DNA of 64,000 bases. Source: Minisyncoccota bacterium (lineage in GTDB: Bacteria; Patescibacteriota; Minisyncoccia; Phycocordibacterales; JACRKE01). Below are positions 51,535 to 60,337 of this stretch, piece by piece. Position numbers and translations under genes: made by a program. The stretch's first letter is position 1, and each line of letters opens with the position of its first letter. The notes below the pieces were generated by a model that saw only the letters and a program-made list of their open reading frames with translations, ran no database searches and had not been told where the DNA came from. Location: positions 375,183 to 439,182 of the forward strand of contig JBAZWG010000001.1 in the NCBI GenBank assembly GCA_041660505.1. The letters are read 5' to 3'.

Positions 51535-52697
51535 TGCCTCCGCAAGACCAGACACAACCAATCGATTCAAGCGTTGAACTCGCCAAGAAACGAGCTATGG
51601 CCCAGATGGCGATGGAGGGCGAGGAACGCCGGCTGAAGCGCGAGCAAGAAGAAAAGTTCCGCAAAGAAAAAGAATTACTCGATCAGCGCAAACAAAACGA
51701 GAAGATCCGCATGCAGGGTGAAGCGGCTCGGCAAGAGATAGAGCGCCTCGCACAGATAAAGAGGCTTCGCGAGGATCGCGCCACGCACGTAGTGGAAGAA
51801 AAAATGGCGACAGCGGAGGTTCGCGAGAACCCGAACATAACCCTCTCGCCAATCCGCACGCTCAAATTCGACATGAGCACGATGATTAAAGACACCAAAG
51901 CATCGGTAGTATCGATGGCCATCAAAGAGGACGAGAAAAGACGAATGATGGAAACGGGTGTTATTCAGGAAAAGAAAAAGAATTATATTCTTATCGGTTT
52001 TTCAGTCATCTTGCTTATTGGCGGTCTGACAGCGCTCGGATTTTGGGCTTACGGTGCTTATAAAGCCAAACAGTTGGCGACTGTCCCAAACTCGGCAAAG
52101 ACTGTGGATTCGATAATTTTTGCCGAAGATTACACGGACATAGTAGTCACGAACGAGAACGCAATAACCTTGTCTGCCAAACTCCGTTCGGACGTGCCGA
52201 ACAACAATATACCGATAGGCAGTGTGAAATATTATCGTTTCATTGATAACGCCACCGGCCAAATACGTGTCTTAACCGCCGGCGAATGGCTGGCCAAGCT
52301 TAACGTTGCCGCGCCCGATACTTTGCTTCGCCTTATCGGCGACACCTTTATGTACGGAATATACTCCGGCGCCCAGAATAGCGGGTTCATTATTTTGCAA
52401 ACATCGTATTATGAAAAAGCCTTCGCCGGCATGCTCGCGTGGGAAGGTTCTTTGGCACATGATCTTTATCCGATTTTATCTGGCAGTCCGGTGACTCCGG
52501 AATTACAGAACACGAGATTCACCGACGTCAGCATTAAGAACATAGACGCTCGAGTCCTAAAAAACGCGAACGGCAAAACAGAATTGATTTATGCCTTCTT
52601 GCCGAACAGAACAACCGTCGTAATAGCCCATAATGAGGCAACAATACTCGAGGTGTTAACAAGGCTTACGACGCCAAAACCACAAGTGACAAAGTAA
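51534..52697 (+). CDS. Single-TM hypothetical protein
   Basis: Coiled coil, IRTLKFD, TM helix, external domain (YEKAFAGMLAWE, F.D..IKNIDARVL). Confidence 0.75.
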   Translation: MPPQDQTQPIDSSVELAKKRAMAQMAMEGEERRLKREQEEKFRKEKELLDQRKQNEKIRMQGEAARQEIERLAQIKRLREDRATHVVEEKMATAEVRENPNITLSPIRTLKFDMSTMIKDTKASVVSMAIKEDEKRRMMETGVIQEKKKNYILIGFSVILLIGGLTALGFWAYGAYKAKQLATVPNSAKTVDSIIFAEDYTDIVVTNENAITLSAKLRSDVPNNNIPIGSVKYYRFIDNATGQIRVLTAGEWLAKLNVAAPDTLLRLIGDTFMYGIYSGAQNSGFIILQTSYYEKAFAGMLAWEGSLAHDLYPILSGSPVTPELQNTRFTDVSIKNIDARVLKNANGKTELIYAFLPNRTTVVIAHNEATILEVLTRLTTPKPQVTK

Positions 52698-52706
52698 AAA
52701 TAATCC

Positions 52707-54236
52707 ATGCTTGCGAAAGTCCATTCTGCACAAGTCACCGGCTTACGAGCAGATATAATTGATATTGAGGTTGATATTTCCAAATCGTTAAAGTCTTTCA
52801 CTATAGTCGGCTTGCCGGATAAGGCTGTAGAAGAAGCGAAGGACAGGATCTCGGCGGCAATAAAAAATTCCGGCTATCCGTCACCACACAAGGGCAATAA
52901 AAAAACCGTTGTTTCACTGGCGCCGGCGGACATAAAGAAAGAGGGACCGATCTTCGATCTCGGCATTGCCCTGGGCCACATGAAGGCATCGAAGACTATC
53001 GAGTTCGATGCGCGGGATAAAATCTTCGTCGGCGAGCTGTCGTTAAACGGCGACCTGCGCCCGGTGAAGGGGATACTAATGATCGCCCGCAAGGCTAAAG
53101 AAGAAAAGTTTAAAGAACTTTATGTGCCGGCAGATAATGCCAAAGAAGCGGCGCTTATCGAAGGCATAAACGTGTACGGGTGTAAAAATCTTAAGCAGAT
53201 AGTCACACACTTAACACCCGGCCCGAGCTTCAAAATAAAACCGAATCCGAAGACGGAGATAATATACGTAGAGCCAACTTACGTGACAGATATGGCGCAC
53301 ATTCATGGTCAGGAATCGGCTAAGCGCGGGCTCGAGATAGCCGCAGCCGGTGGCCACAACATCATCATGAGCGGTCCACCTGGGACAGGCAAGACGATGC
53401 TCGCCAAGGCTTTCGTTGGTATCCTCCCGCCACTCTTATTCGACGACGCGCTCGAAGTGACTGGTATATATTCTGTCGCGGGGCAATTGGATGAAGAATT
53501 AATGACCCATCCGCCTCTGCGCTCACCGCATCATACATCATCATATGTGTCCCTCGTCGGTGGCGGGACATTCCCCAAGCCGGGGGAGATTACGTTGGCT
53601 CATCGCGGAGTATTATTCCTTGATGAATTCCCCGAATTTGAAACTAGAGTTATCGAAGCATTACGTCAACCATTAGAAGACAGGGTCATTCACGTCTCGC
53701 GCATCAAAGGCACCGTCAAATTCCCGGCAAGCTTCATTCTTGTCGCGGCTATGAACCCATGCCCCTGCGGTAATAAGGGCTCGAAGAAGAAAGAATGTAT
53801 CTGCAACCAGTCTATGCTAATGAAATATTCTCGCAAAATATCCGGCCCCATAATTGACCGCATCGATTTATATTTAGAAGTTCCGCAGATAGAACATGCT
53901 AAACTCGCCGACACCGGCTATCACGGCGAGTCATCTAAGACGGTGCAAGCACGCGTAAAGAAGGCGAGAGAAAAGGCGCTCACGCGATTTAAGAATGCCG
54001 GGGTAAATATAAATATGAACAGCGAGATGAGCGGGGAACAGCTGAAGAAACTCGTGCCGTTAACCAAAGAATGCTCGCAAATACTCATTTCGTCTGCAGA
54101 GAGGTTGAACCTTTCCGCAAGGGCATATCATCGGGTTATCAAACTCGCGCGCACTATCGCCGACCTCGCCGATGCAGAAAGTGTCGCTGAAAATCATATC
54201 TTAGAAGCTTTACAGTACCGCCCCAAGGTTGCATAA
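52707..54236 (+). CDS. comM: YifB/ComM-family Mg-chelatase-like AAA+ ATPase
   Basis: IVGLPDKAV.E, GPPGTGKTM, GEITLAHRGVLFLDE, AMNPCPCG, ARTIADL. Confidence 0.93.
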   Translation: MLAKVHSAQVTGLRADIIDIEVDISKSLKSFTIVGLPDKAVEEAKDRISAAIKNSGYPSPHKGNKKTVVSLAPADIKKEGPIFDLGIALGHMKASKTIEFDARDKIFVGELSLNGDLRPVKGILMIARKAKEEKFKELYVPADNAKEAALIEGINVYGCKNLKQIVTHLTPGPSFKIKPNPKTEIIYVEPTYVTDMAHIHGQESAKRGLEIAAAGGHNIIMSGPPGTGKTMLAKAFVGILPPLLFDDALEVTGIYSVAGQLDEELMTHPPLRSPHHTSSYVSLVGGGTFPKPGEITLAHRGVLFLDEFPEFETRVIEALRQPLEDRVIHVSRIKGTVKFPASFILVAAMNPCPCGNKGSKKKECICNQSMLMKYSRKISGPIIDRIDLYLEVPQIEHAKLADTGYHGESSKTVQARVKKAREKALTRFKNAGVNINMNSEMSGEQLKKLVPLTKECSQILISSAERLNLSARAYHRVIKLARTIADLADAESVAENHILEALQYRPKVA

Positions 54237-54322
54237 TTTCAGAAAAAGAGTATTATTTCCGACGGCAGAGTTTTCCGCTGCCTTACAGTCACTGGTCGCG
54301 ACGGACCTAAAGGAGGCCCGTT

Positions 54323-54898
54323 TTGCTTTCTGAAACCGAAAGAACTTTCATCAACAAGCTTCGCGAGGATGAGGTACTCCGAGATATTCGTCGCGATTTG
54401 TTGACGAACTTCTTTACTGAAGGAGCGCTTCTTGTAGCCTGCGGAGACTGCGAAAGATTCTGGGAGGCTATCGATTGGTTGCGAAACCATACCGACGGCC
54501 TACTTTCTCAGGACAAGTGGCGATTGCAGTTGTGCGTCTTCAACGGCGCACCGTTGCATCTTTCACGCAAAATGAGTTGGGAGCACAAGTTCATTCTGGA
54601 GCAATTTTCCCAGACGAACAGCTTCAAGAGCATTGAGCGTGTTATTGTCCACGGACATGGCCCTTGTAGCGCGGCAGGGCATATGGGGCTAACCCTCCCA
54701 CAGAATCTTGCGCTCACAATGCATGCCCGTGAGGTGATCGTTGACGTTTTCGGGCTCAAACCCGAAAACGTCATTGCCCTGTTCCATGCACATTACCGCG
54801 ACAAAATGCGGTTGTACAAAATCAAAAGGAGTGCATGGAAACGCGCAACAGAAGAGAACCATGATGTTCGGGTAGGGTTGCACACCCTATCGATATAG
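54323..54898 (+). CDS. Orphan protein with beta-carbonic-anhydrase-like zinc ligands
   Basis: AAAGGAGG SD; VACGD and HGPC motifs; terminator-like hairpin 54914-54940. Confidence 0.6.
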   Translation: MLSETERTFINKLREDEVLRDIRRDLLTNFFTEGALLVACGDCERFWEAIDWLRNHTDGLLSQDKWRLQLCVFNGAPLHLSRKMSWEHKFILEQFSQTNSFKSIERVIVHGHGPCSAAGHMGLTLPQNLALTMHAREVIVDVFGLKPENVIALFHAHYRDKMRLYKIKRSAWKRATEENHDVRVGLHTLSI

Positions 54899-55002
54899 GT
54901 AGCGGAAAAACACGACCCCCATCGCACACGCGGTGGGGGTCGGGGAGTTTTTAATTCTTAAGGTTCGACCTTAAGCATCCAAAAGGTCGAACCTTTTAAA
55001 TT

Positions 55003-55836
55003 CTAAAACGGATTACGTGCGCCGCGGACTTCGAAGTGCAGGTGCGGACCGGTGGATTTGCCGGTATCGCCTAAGAGGCCAATGACTTGGCCTTGGGTAA
55101 CGTGTTCGCCTACGCCTACTGATGATTTAAGCAAGTGCCCGTATAAAGTCTGAGTACCATTAGTGTGCGCAATCACAATATAATTACCATATCCGCCATT
55201 ATAGCCACTGTTATTTTTACTTATCAGAACATCGCCCTCGGCGGCAGCAAGAACAGGTGAGCCTTCAGGCAGTACAAGATCGACGCCGTTATGGCCGTGA
55301 AGTCCTTGCGTGCGCCGATAGCCAGGCAGAGGGTTTGTATAAAAAGAATCTTTATTCGGCAAGATTTTTACTGATTTAGTGGACTTTTTTATCGGCTTGG
55401 CAACCGGCTCTTCGATTGATATCGGCAGGATGGTCAGATGCATGCCGTCTATAATCGGCTCGTTCTGTCCTAGGTCGTTGGCTTTACGAATAGTATATTC
55501 CGTCACGCCGTACATGTGCGCAATTTCTGATAGAGTTTCGCCCTTTCGTACAACATATACAGCAATCTGGTCGGCATTGGTGTCATCTTCATCATCAAAT
55601 CCACCGATACCGCGAGTTAGGGTCGGCTGGGGGAGGTATAGTGTCTGAGAATTAACACTACTCATCGCTCCACCGTCAGCATCCGCCAAGGCACTCCGAA
55701 CATAGTCGGCATTGCCGCTAAATAACGGCCTAGATACGAGATATAACAGAAAAAGAGCCCCGATGACGAGCCCTCGATTTTTCCACGTTTTTAGCTGTTG
55801 TTTCTTCGCTTTCCGCACAGGGATATAGTATAGCAA
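55003..55836 (-). CDS. LysM + M23 peptidase
   Basis: YVVRKGETLSEIA; HNGVD, YGH, HLHFEV. Confidence 0.92.
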   Translation of the reverse strand: MLYYIPVRKAKKQQLKTWKNRGLVIGALFLLYLVSRPLFSGNADYVRSALADADGGAMSSVNSQTLYLPQPTLTRGIGGFDDEDDTNADQIAVYVVRKGETLSEIAHMYGVTEYTIRKANDLGQNEPIIDGMHLTILPISIEEPVAKPIKKSTKSVKILPNKDSFYTNPLPGYRRTQGLHGHNGVDLVLPEGSPVLAAAEGDVLISKNNSGYNGGYGNYIVIAHTNGTQTLYGHLLKSSVGVGEHVTQGQVIGLLGDTGKSTGPHLHFEVRGARNPF

Positions 55837-55896
55837 AAAATCGACCCCCTTTCGAGTTTATCCACACGACATTACGCCTGTCAAGACACCCTTATT

Positions 55897-56235
55897 TTAG
55901 ATCAAGAATAGCTTTTTGAGACGCGATTTTACCTGCTTCATATGGTCCTCATCAATAATACCGATATCGCCAAGAATAATGCGCCGATCAAGCGTGGCGA
56001 GTTTGGCGACCCGAATGACTGAATCTGACTTTAGTCCGGTTCTTGCAAAATGCGGGTCGGTCCGTTTTATAAGAACATCCATTGGATCAGTACGCTCGGT
56101 GTTTGTTGAAATAAATGCCACGACAAAATCCTCGCTCGCTGAATGTTCCGCAATAACGACGGCGGGGCGCACCTTTGCTTCGGAAAGATCTGAATAGGGG
56201 AATGGCGTCAAAACAATTAGCCCTCGTTTAGACAT
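55897..56235 (-). CDS. MazF/PemK-family toxin
   Basis: RGLIVLTPFPYSD...KVRPAVVI..TGLK.DS.I...LATL. Confidence 0.88.
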   Translation of the reverse strand: MSKRGLIVLTPFPYSDLSEAKVRPAVVIAEHSASEDFVVAFISTNTERTDPMDVLIKRTDPHFARTGLKSDSVIRVAKLATLDRRIILGDIGIIDEDHMKQVKSRLKKLFLI

Positions 56236-56479
56236 AGCGGTGCTTTAGGTCAGCCATAGAATATAGATCCGGCTCATCATAAAGAAAATCGAATGAGGGA
56301 GAGCTTGCATTAATCTTCGTAATCTCATTTACCTCTCGAGAGAACTCTCGCGGATATGGAATTAATAAGACTTCCGGCTCATTCCATCGGCCAATCGCCA
56401 CGGCTTCGCTTTTCTGCCGCACATGATCAATTAGATCGGAAAACTGTTTGCGTGCTTCAGTGGTTGATAGAGTTTTCAT
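56228..56479 (-). CDS. Phd/YefM-type antitoxin
   Basis: LSTTEARKQFSDLI; C-terminal SFDFLYDEPDLYS. Confidence 0.8.
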   Translation of the reverse strand: MKTLSTTEARKQFSDLIDHVRQKSEAVAIGRWNEPEVLLIPYPREFSREVNEITKINASSPSFDFLYDEPDLYSMADLKHRYV

Positions 56480-56521
56480 ATCACTATAATATCATTTTTG
56501 TACAATTTGTACAAATTCAAA

Positions 56522-58900
56522 TTATAAGCGTAATCTTGCCAAGATATCCGCTTCGACGTCTTCTAGATCTTTGCCGTAGACGAGGCGGGAGAGTTCTTTT
56601 AGCTTTTCGCGGACTTCCGCATTGCCGGGCGGGGGAGGGAGCAGGTGCATCGTGAACGGGCGAGACGGCTGGCCATTTATGAGCATCTTCACGTGGGCGA
56701 ATTTGTTCTCTATGCTAATTAAATCCTTTGCGGTGAAGATCGGGTCGAATTGTTTACCAAGCACTTCTGTATCCGGCACGCCGACGCGGCAGGCGATAAC
56801 GGAGCCGACGTTGCCGAAGACGGCATCGCGAATCTTCTCCGGCATCTGGGCGACGAACTGGTGAGCAATTATCATATCAAGGCGATATTTGCGCGCCTCG
56901 GAGAGAATGGTCGCGATGGAGTCGGTGGTAAAGTTCTGGAACTCGTCTATATATAGATAGAAATCGCGGCGATCTTCTTGGTTAATTATGTCAGAGCGCC
57001 CGAAGGCCGCCATCATCAGCTTGCCGACGATAATCATACCGAGAAGGTTGGCGTTTAACTCGCCGATTTTTGCCTTAGGCAGATTGATGAAGAGCATCTT
57101 GCCCTCGTCCATCAGCTTGCGGAAGTTGAAGGCCGACTTGGGCTGGCCAATAATCGGGCGGACGAAATCGTTCGAGAGGAAGTTACCGAACTTGGAGGTA
57201 ATCCAGACGGTCATATTAGCAAGCGAGTGTTCGCCGGAAGTTTTCGTCGCTTCGCGCTCCCAGAAGTCGATGACGGTCGGATTCTTTACGCGCGCAAGTT
57301 TGCGTTTGCGAAAGGCCTCATCGGTAAATATTCGAGGCACTTCTACGAGCGTGCACGGCTCGTTAACCGCGTCTTCCATGAGTAGGAGCAGAGCATTGCG
57401 CATGTATTGCTGGAACATCGGCCCCATACTCTGCGCGTCGAAGAGGCGGTCGAAGATGGACTGGATCTCGGATACGACGAAGCTCTTCTGTTCCGGATTA
57501 TCCAGGTCATATTCGAGCATGTTAAGGCCTAATGGGCGCGCGATATCTGATGGATCGAAGATGATAACGTCGTCTATCCTCTCCTTCGGCACAAGCGCCA
57601 ACATATCGTTAAAAAAGTCGGTGTTCGGATCAATAAGACAGAATCCTTTGCCGTTCACAATATCTTGCGCCACCATATGTTTCATCGTAAGCGTCTTACC
57701 GGTACCGGTCTGGCCGATAATATAGAGATGTCGGCGACGGTCGTCGTCGGTCATGCGGACATTCTTATGCTCGTCGCGATAAACACTCTCGCCTATAATA
57801 ATGCCTGCATCCGGCAAGCTCTCCGGCGGGGGAGCCTCGCGCGACGTGAGCCACTTGATGCGCGGAATGTCGGTCGAGGATGTTGGCAAGTGGAAGATGC
57901 TGGCAAGCTCCTCACTGCTTAAGATCATCGTCTGTCCGCCGTCGTACTCGCGAAAAGAATATTCATAGATTAAGCGTTTCAGATTCTTCGGCCTCACTGG
58001 CACAAGCTCGTTGCGCACCGGAGAAGAGAACTGTGAGAAAGAAGCGATAACGGAATTCAAAATACTTTCCGCTCTAGCCATGTCTGTTGCCGAGGCAAGT
58101 ACGCGGACGTTCACCGCAAAGAGCGGCTTAGAGACTTTCTCTTGTAGTGCCTTAATTGCGTCGTCGTCGGTAACTCTGTATGTTTCTTCTCTTTTTTCTT
58201 TTTTTGTATTCGTCGTCGGCTTAAGGACTTTATAAAGTTCTTTCGTCGTTATGAACTGCTTCTTCATCACGCGAGAGAACTTCTCGCCTTGCTTCAAGTT
58301 GCGGATAGCGTCCATTATTTTCTTCCTCGCCCTCTTATGCGCCGGCTGGAAGATAATCTGGAGCGAGACGCCTTCGCTCACATCGGCGAGCTTGGAGAAG
58401 TTGGAGAGTATCGGGGCGAATGTGTCTACCTGCGCCTCTTTATAAGTGCGAATTGGCGCCACATAACTCTGTTTCTGAGTAAAATAGGCCCCTACGGTCG
58501 CGCCATTCGGTTCGAAGATATTATAATCTGCGGTCTCTACAACCTGGCTGTCGGGGAAGAGCCCTTGGATCTGGCGTGAAGCAAACTCAACATAAGCCTC
58601 CGGCACGGCAATATAGAAGAAGATATCCTCGCCGATGCGATGTACGGATGTTTCGAAAACGACCGGTTGTTTAACCGATGTAAGTGCGGAGAAAATCTGC
58701 TCGGTCAACGCAACCTCTTTGGTAAAATCTATTTGCTCGTTTCTATTTGTGCCGAGCTCATCTTTACGTTTGGCAATTTTAATAATGAGTAGCTTTAGAT
58801 TAAGCGTATCCAGGCGCCCGACGCGGAAATGGTTGTACGCCATAATCCCGCCGACAATAATGATCGCGATAGTTATAAACGTAAAGCCAAGTAGATTCAT
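56522..58900 (-). CDS. VirD4/TraG/HerA-like membrane-anchored ATPase (DUF87-type)
   Basis: DRRRHLYIIGQTGTGKT, LYIDEFQNF, LSEARKYRL, AHQF. Confidence 0.88.
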   Translation of the reverse strand: MNLLGFTFITIAIIIVGGIMAYNHFRVGRLDTLNLKLLIIKIAKRKDELGTNRNEQIDFTKEVALTEQIFSALTSVKQPVVFETSVHRIGEDIFFYIAVPEAYVEFASRQIQGLFPDSQVVETADYNIFEPNGATVGAYFTQKQSYVAPIRTYKEAQVDTFAPILSNFSKLADVSEGVSLQIIFQPAHKRARKKIMDAIRNLKQGEKFSRVMKKQFITTKELYKVLKPTTNTKKEKREETYRVTDDDAIKALQEKVSKPLFAVNVRVLASATDMARAESILNSVIASFSQFSSPVRNELVPVRPKNLKRLIYEYSFREYDGGQTMILSSEELASIFHLPTSSTDIPRIKWLTSREAPPPESLPDAGIIIGESVYRDEHKNVRMTDDDRRRHLYIIGQTGTGKTLTMKHMVAQDIVNGKGFCLIDPNTDFFNDMLALVPKERIDDVIIFDPSDIARPLGLNMLEYDLDNPEQKSFVVSEIQSIFDRLFDAQSMGPMFQQYMRNALLLLMEDAVNEPCTLVEVPRIFTDEAFRKRKLARVKNPTVIDFWEREATKTSGEHSLANMTVWITSKFGNFLSNDFVRPIIGQPKSAFNFRKLMDEGKMLFINLPKAKIGELNANLLGMIIVGKLMMAAFGRSDIINQEDRRDFYLYIDEFQNFTTDSIATILSEARKYRLDMIIAHQFVAQMPEKIRDAVFGNVGSVIACRVGVPDTEVLGKQFDPIFTAKDLISIENKFAHVKMLINGQPSRPFTMHLLPPPPGNAEVREKLKELSRLVYGKDLEDVEADILARLRL

Positions 58901-58904
58901 AAAT

Positions 58905-59324
58905 TTATTTTACCAAACCTCGTGATTTCATCTCACTATAAAGTTTATCGGTAAGGGCGTCGTGGAAGACGTCGAGCAGGAAAGGGTCTTCTTCTATAAC
59001 CTGGCGCAGTGTGGCCTGGATGCCGTTATGGAACGCTTGCGCGACGTAGCCGTTAACTTTAGCGACCGTCGCATCATCCACAGTATCGAGATAACTTTTG
59101 CTACCGGCTTGGGCTTTCTTGACAGCGGCTTGCCCCGAGCTTGTCGAGGGGGCTGGCACTTGCGTAGTATCATCGGTTGTGGCAGATGGGGCACTCCTCG
59201 GTAGGAGCTCGCTGATTTTCTCGGTGAGCGCGGCATGCAACTGCTCTTTAGCGTCAGATGCCGGTCTCTCACTTGCAACCGCTTGTGTTAATGCCGCGAG
59301 TTCTGCGTCGAAATTTGAGTCCAT
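58905..59324 (-). CDS. Conserved hypothetical protein upstream of the ATPase
   Basis: C-terminal DPFLLDVFHDALTDKLY..M..RG; co-oriented, 4 bp from the ATPase start. Confidence 0.7.
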   Translation of the reverse strand: MDSNFDAELAALTQAVASERPASDAKEQLHAALTEKISELLPRSAPSATTDDTTQVPAPSTSSGQAAVKKAQAGSKSYLDTVDDATVAKVNGYVAQAFHNGIQATLRQVIEEDPFLLDVFHDALTDKLYSEMKSRGLVK

Positions 59325-59475
59325 AAATTTTTTGATTTAAGGTTCAACCTTTTAGGTGCTTAAGGTTGAACCTTTGCCAGTATAACACGCTCATGACTCA
59401 CTTCGTAATATGAATAGTCCACAGCTTGTGCGAAAATTAATTGACTCTAAATACAAAAGAGAGGATAATGTATAC

Positions 59476-60048
59476 ATGCCCACCACACAGACAACAACAC
59501 CCCAAGATAAGTTCCCCGGCCTGATAGCGAAATTCCTGACGCCACCAGCAGAAAGTATCGAGACGGAGAGCTTTTCATCGCTCGAAGAAAAAGCAAAAGA
59601 AAAACAAACTGCCATTAAAGCGCTTAATGAGGCGATTACGACAGGCGAGCGCGACCTGAACAACAAAAGAGATCAGTTAAAAATCGCGAATGGAGAGCTA
59701 CAGAAGATCAATGACCGGATCGCCAGCGCAGCCGAAAAAGAAATGAAGGATTTACGGGACAAGCTCCATGAGATGGAGAAACGATATCCAAATTTGAAGC
59801 CGGAAACAAACACGGTTGTTGCACCGAAGGCTCCGGAAATAAAAGTTACTCCGGAAGTTATCCCAGACAACTTAGCGCTTGAGCCCGTAGTAAAACTCGT
59901 GAAAGCACCGGAACAAAAAGATACTCCGATCGCAATCAAAGTTGAGAAAAAAGTTGCAGCTCAAGTTCGCGCACCCGCAGAAACTAGTGATCCAGTAAAA
60001 GAAAAGCTTGTTGAGCTGGGTGAAGAATACTTCAAAAATGTAAATTAA
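59476..60048 (+). CDS. Hypothetical coiled-coil protein
   Basis: Likely start ATG 59476; coiled coil plus Pro/Val/Lys tail. Confidence 0.6.
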   Translation: MPTTQTTTPQDKFPGLIAKFLTPPAESIETESFSSLEEKAKEKQTAIKALNEAITTGERDLNNKRDQLKIANGELQKINDRIASAAEKEMKDLRDKLHEMEKRYPNLKPETNTVVAPKAPEIKVTPEVIPDNLALEPVVKLVKAPEQKDTPIAIKVEKKVAAQVRAPAETSDPVKEKLVELGEEYFKNVN

Positions 60049-60049
60049 T

Positions 60050-60316
60050 ATGAGCAAGTACGCATTCTTAGACACACCATTAGGGGGAACGACAGGGGCA
60101 CAAATCCCGCCGTTAAAGCTTTGGACCGTCGGCACAATCATCGAGAAATCCGAGAATAAGGCTTACCAGACGCCCAAGAATCCAGTCTACGCACTCGGCC
60201 TATATCTCAAGAAGCGCTTCGGCAACAAGCCGGAGGTTATGAGCTTAACACTTGCTGACTGTGCGAAAAAGTATCCGGCAACTCCCGCTGATTTTGCAGG
60301 AGACAGTGTGGAATAA
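60050..60316 (+). CDS. Small hypothetical protein
   Basis: 88-aa ORF 1 bp after the upstream stop. Confidence 0.55.
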   Translation: MSKYAFLDTPLGGTTGAQIPPLKLWTVGTIIEKSENKAYQTPKNPVYALGLYLKKRFGNKPEVMSLTLADCAKKYPATPADFAGDSVE

Positions 60317-60337
60317 ACAGTATGTTATACTGGCTGG

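Noticed and set aside
56522-58900. Conjugative element implied by the VirD4-like ATPase
   Set aside because: No relaxase, VirB4 or other T4SS genes nearby; looks like a chromosomal CPR-type ATPase.
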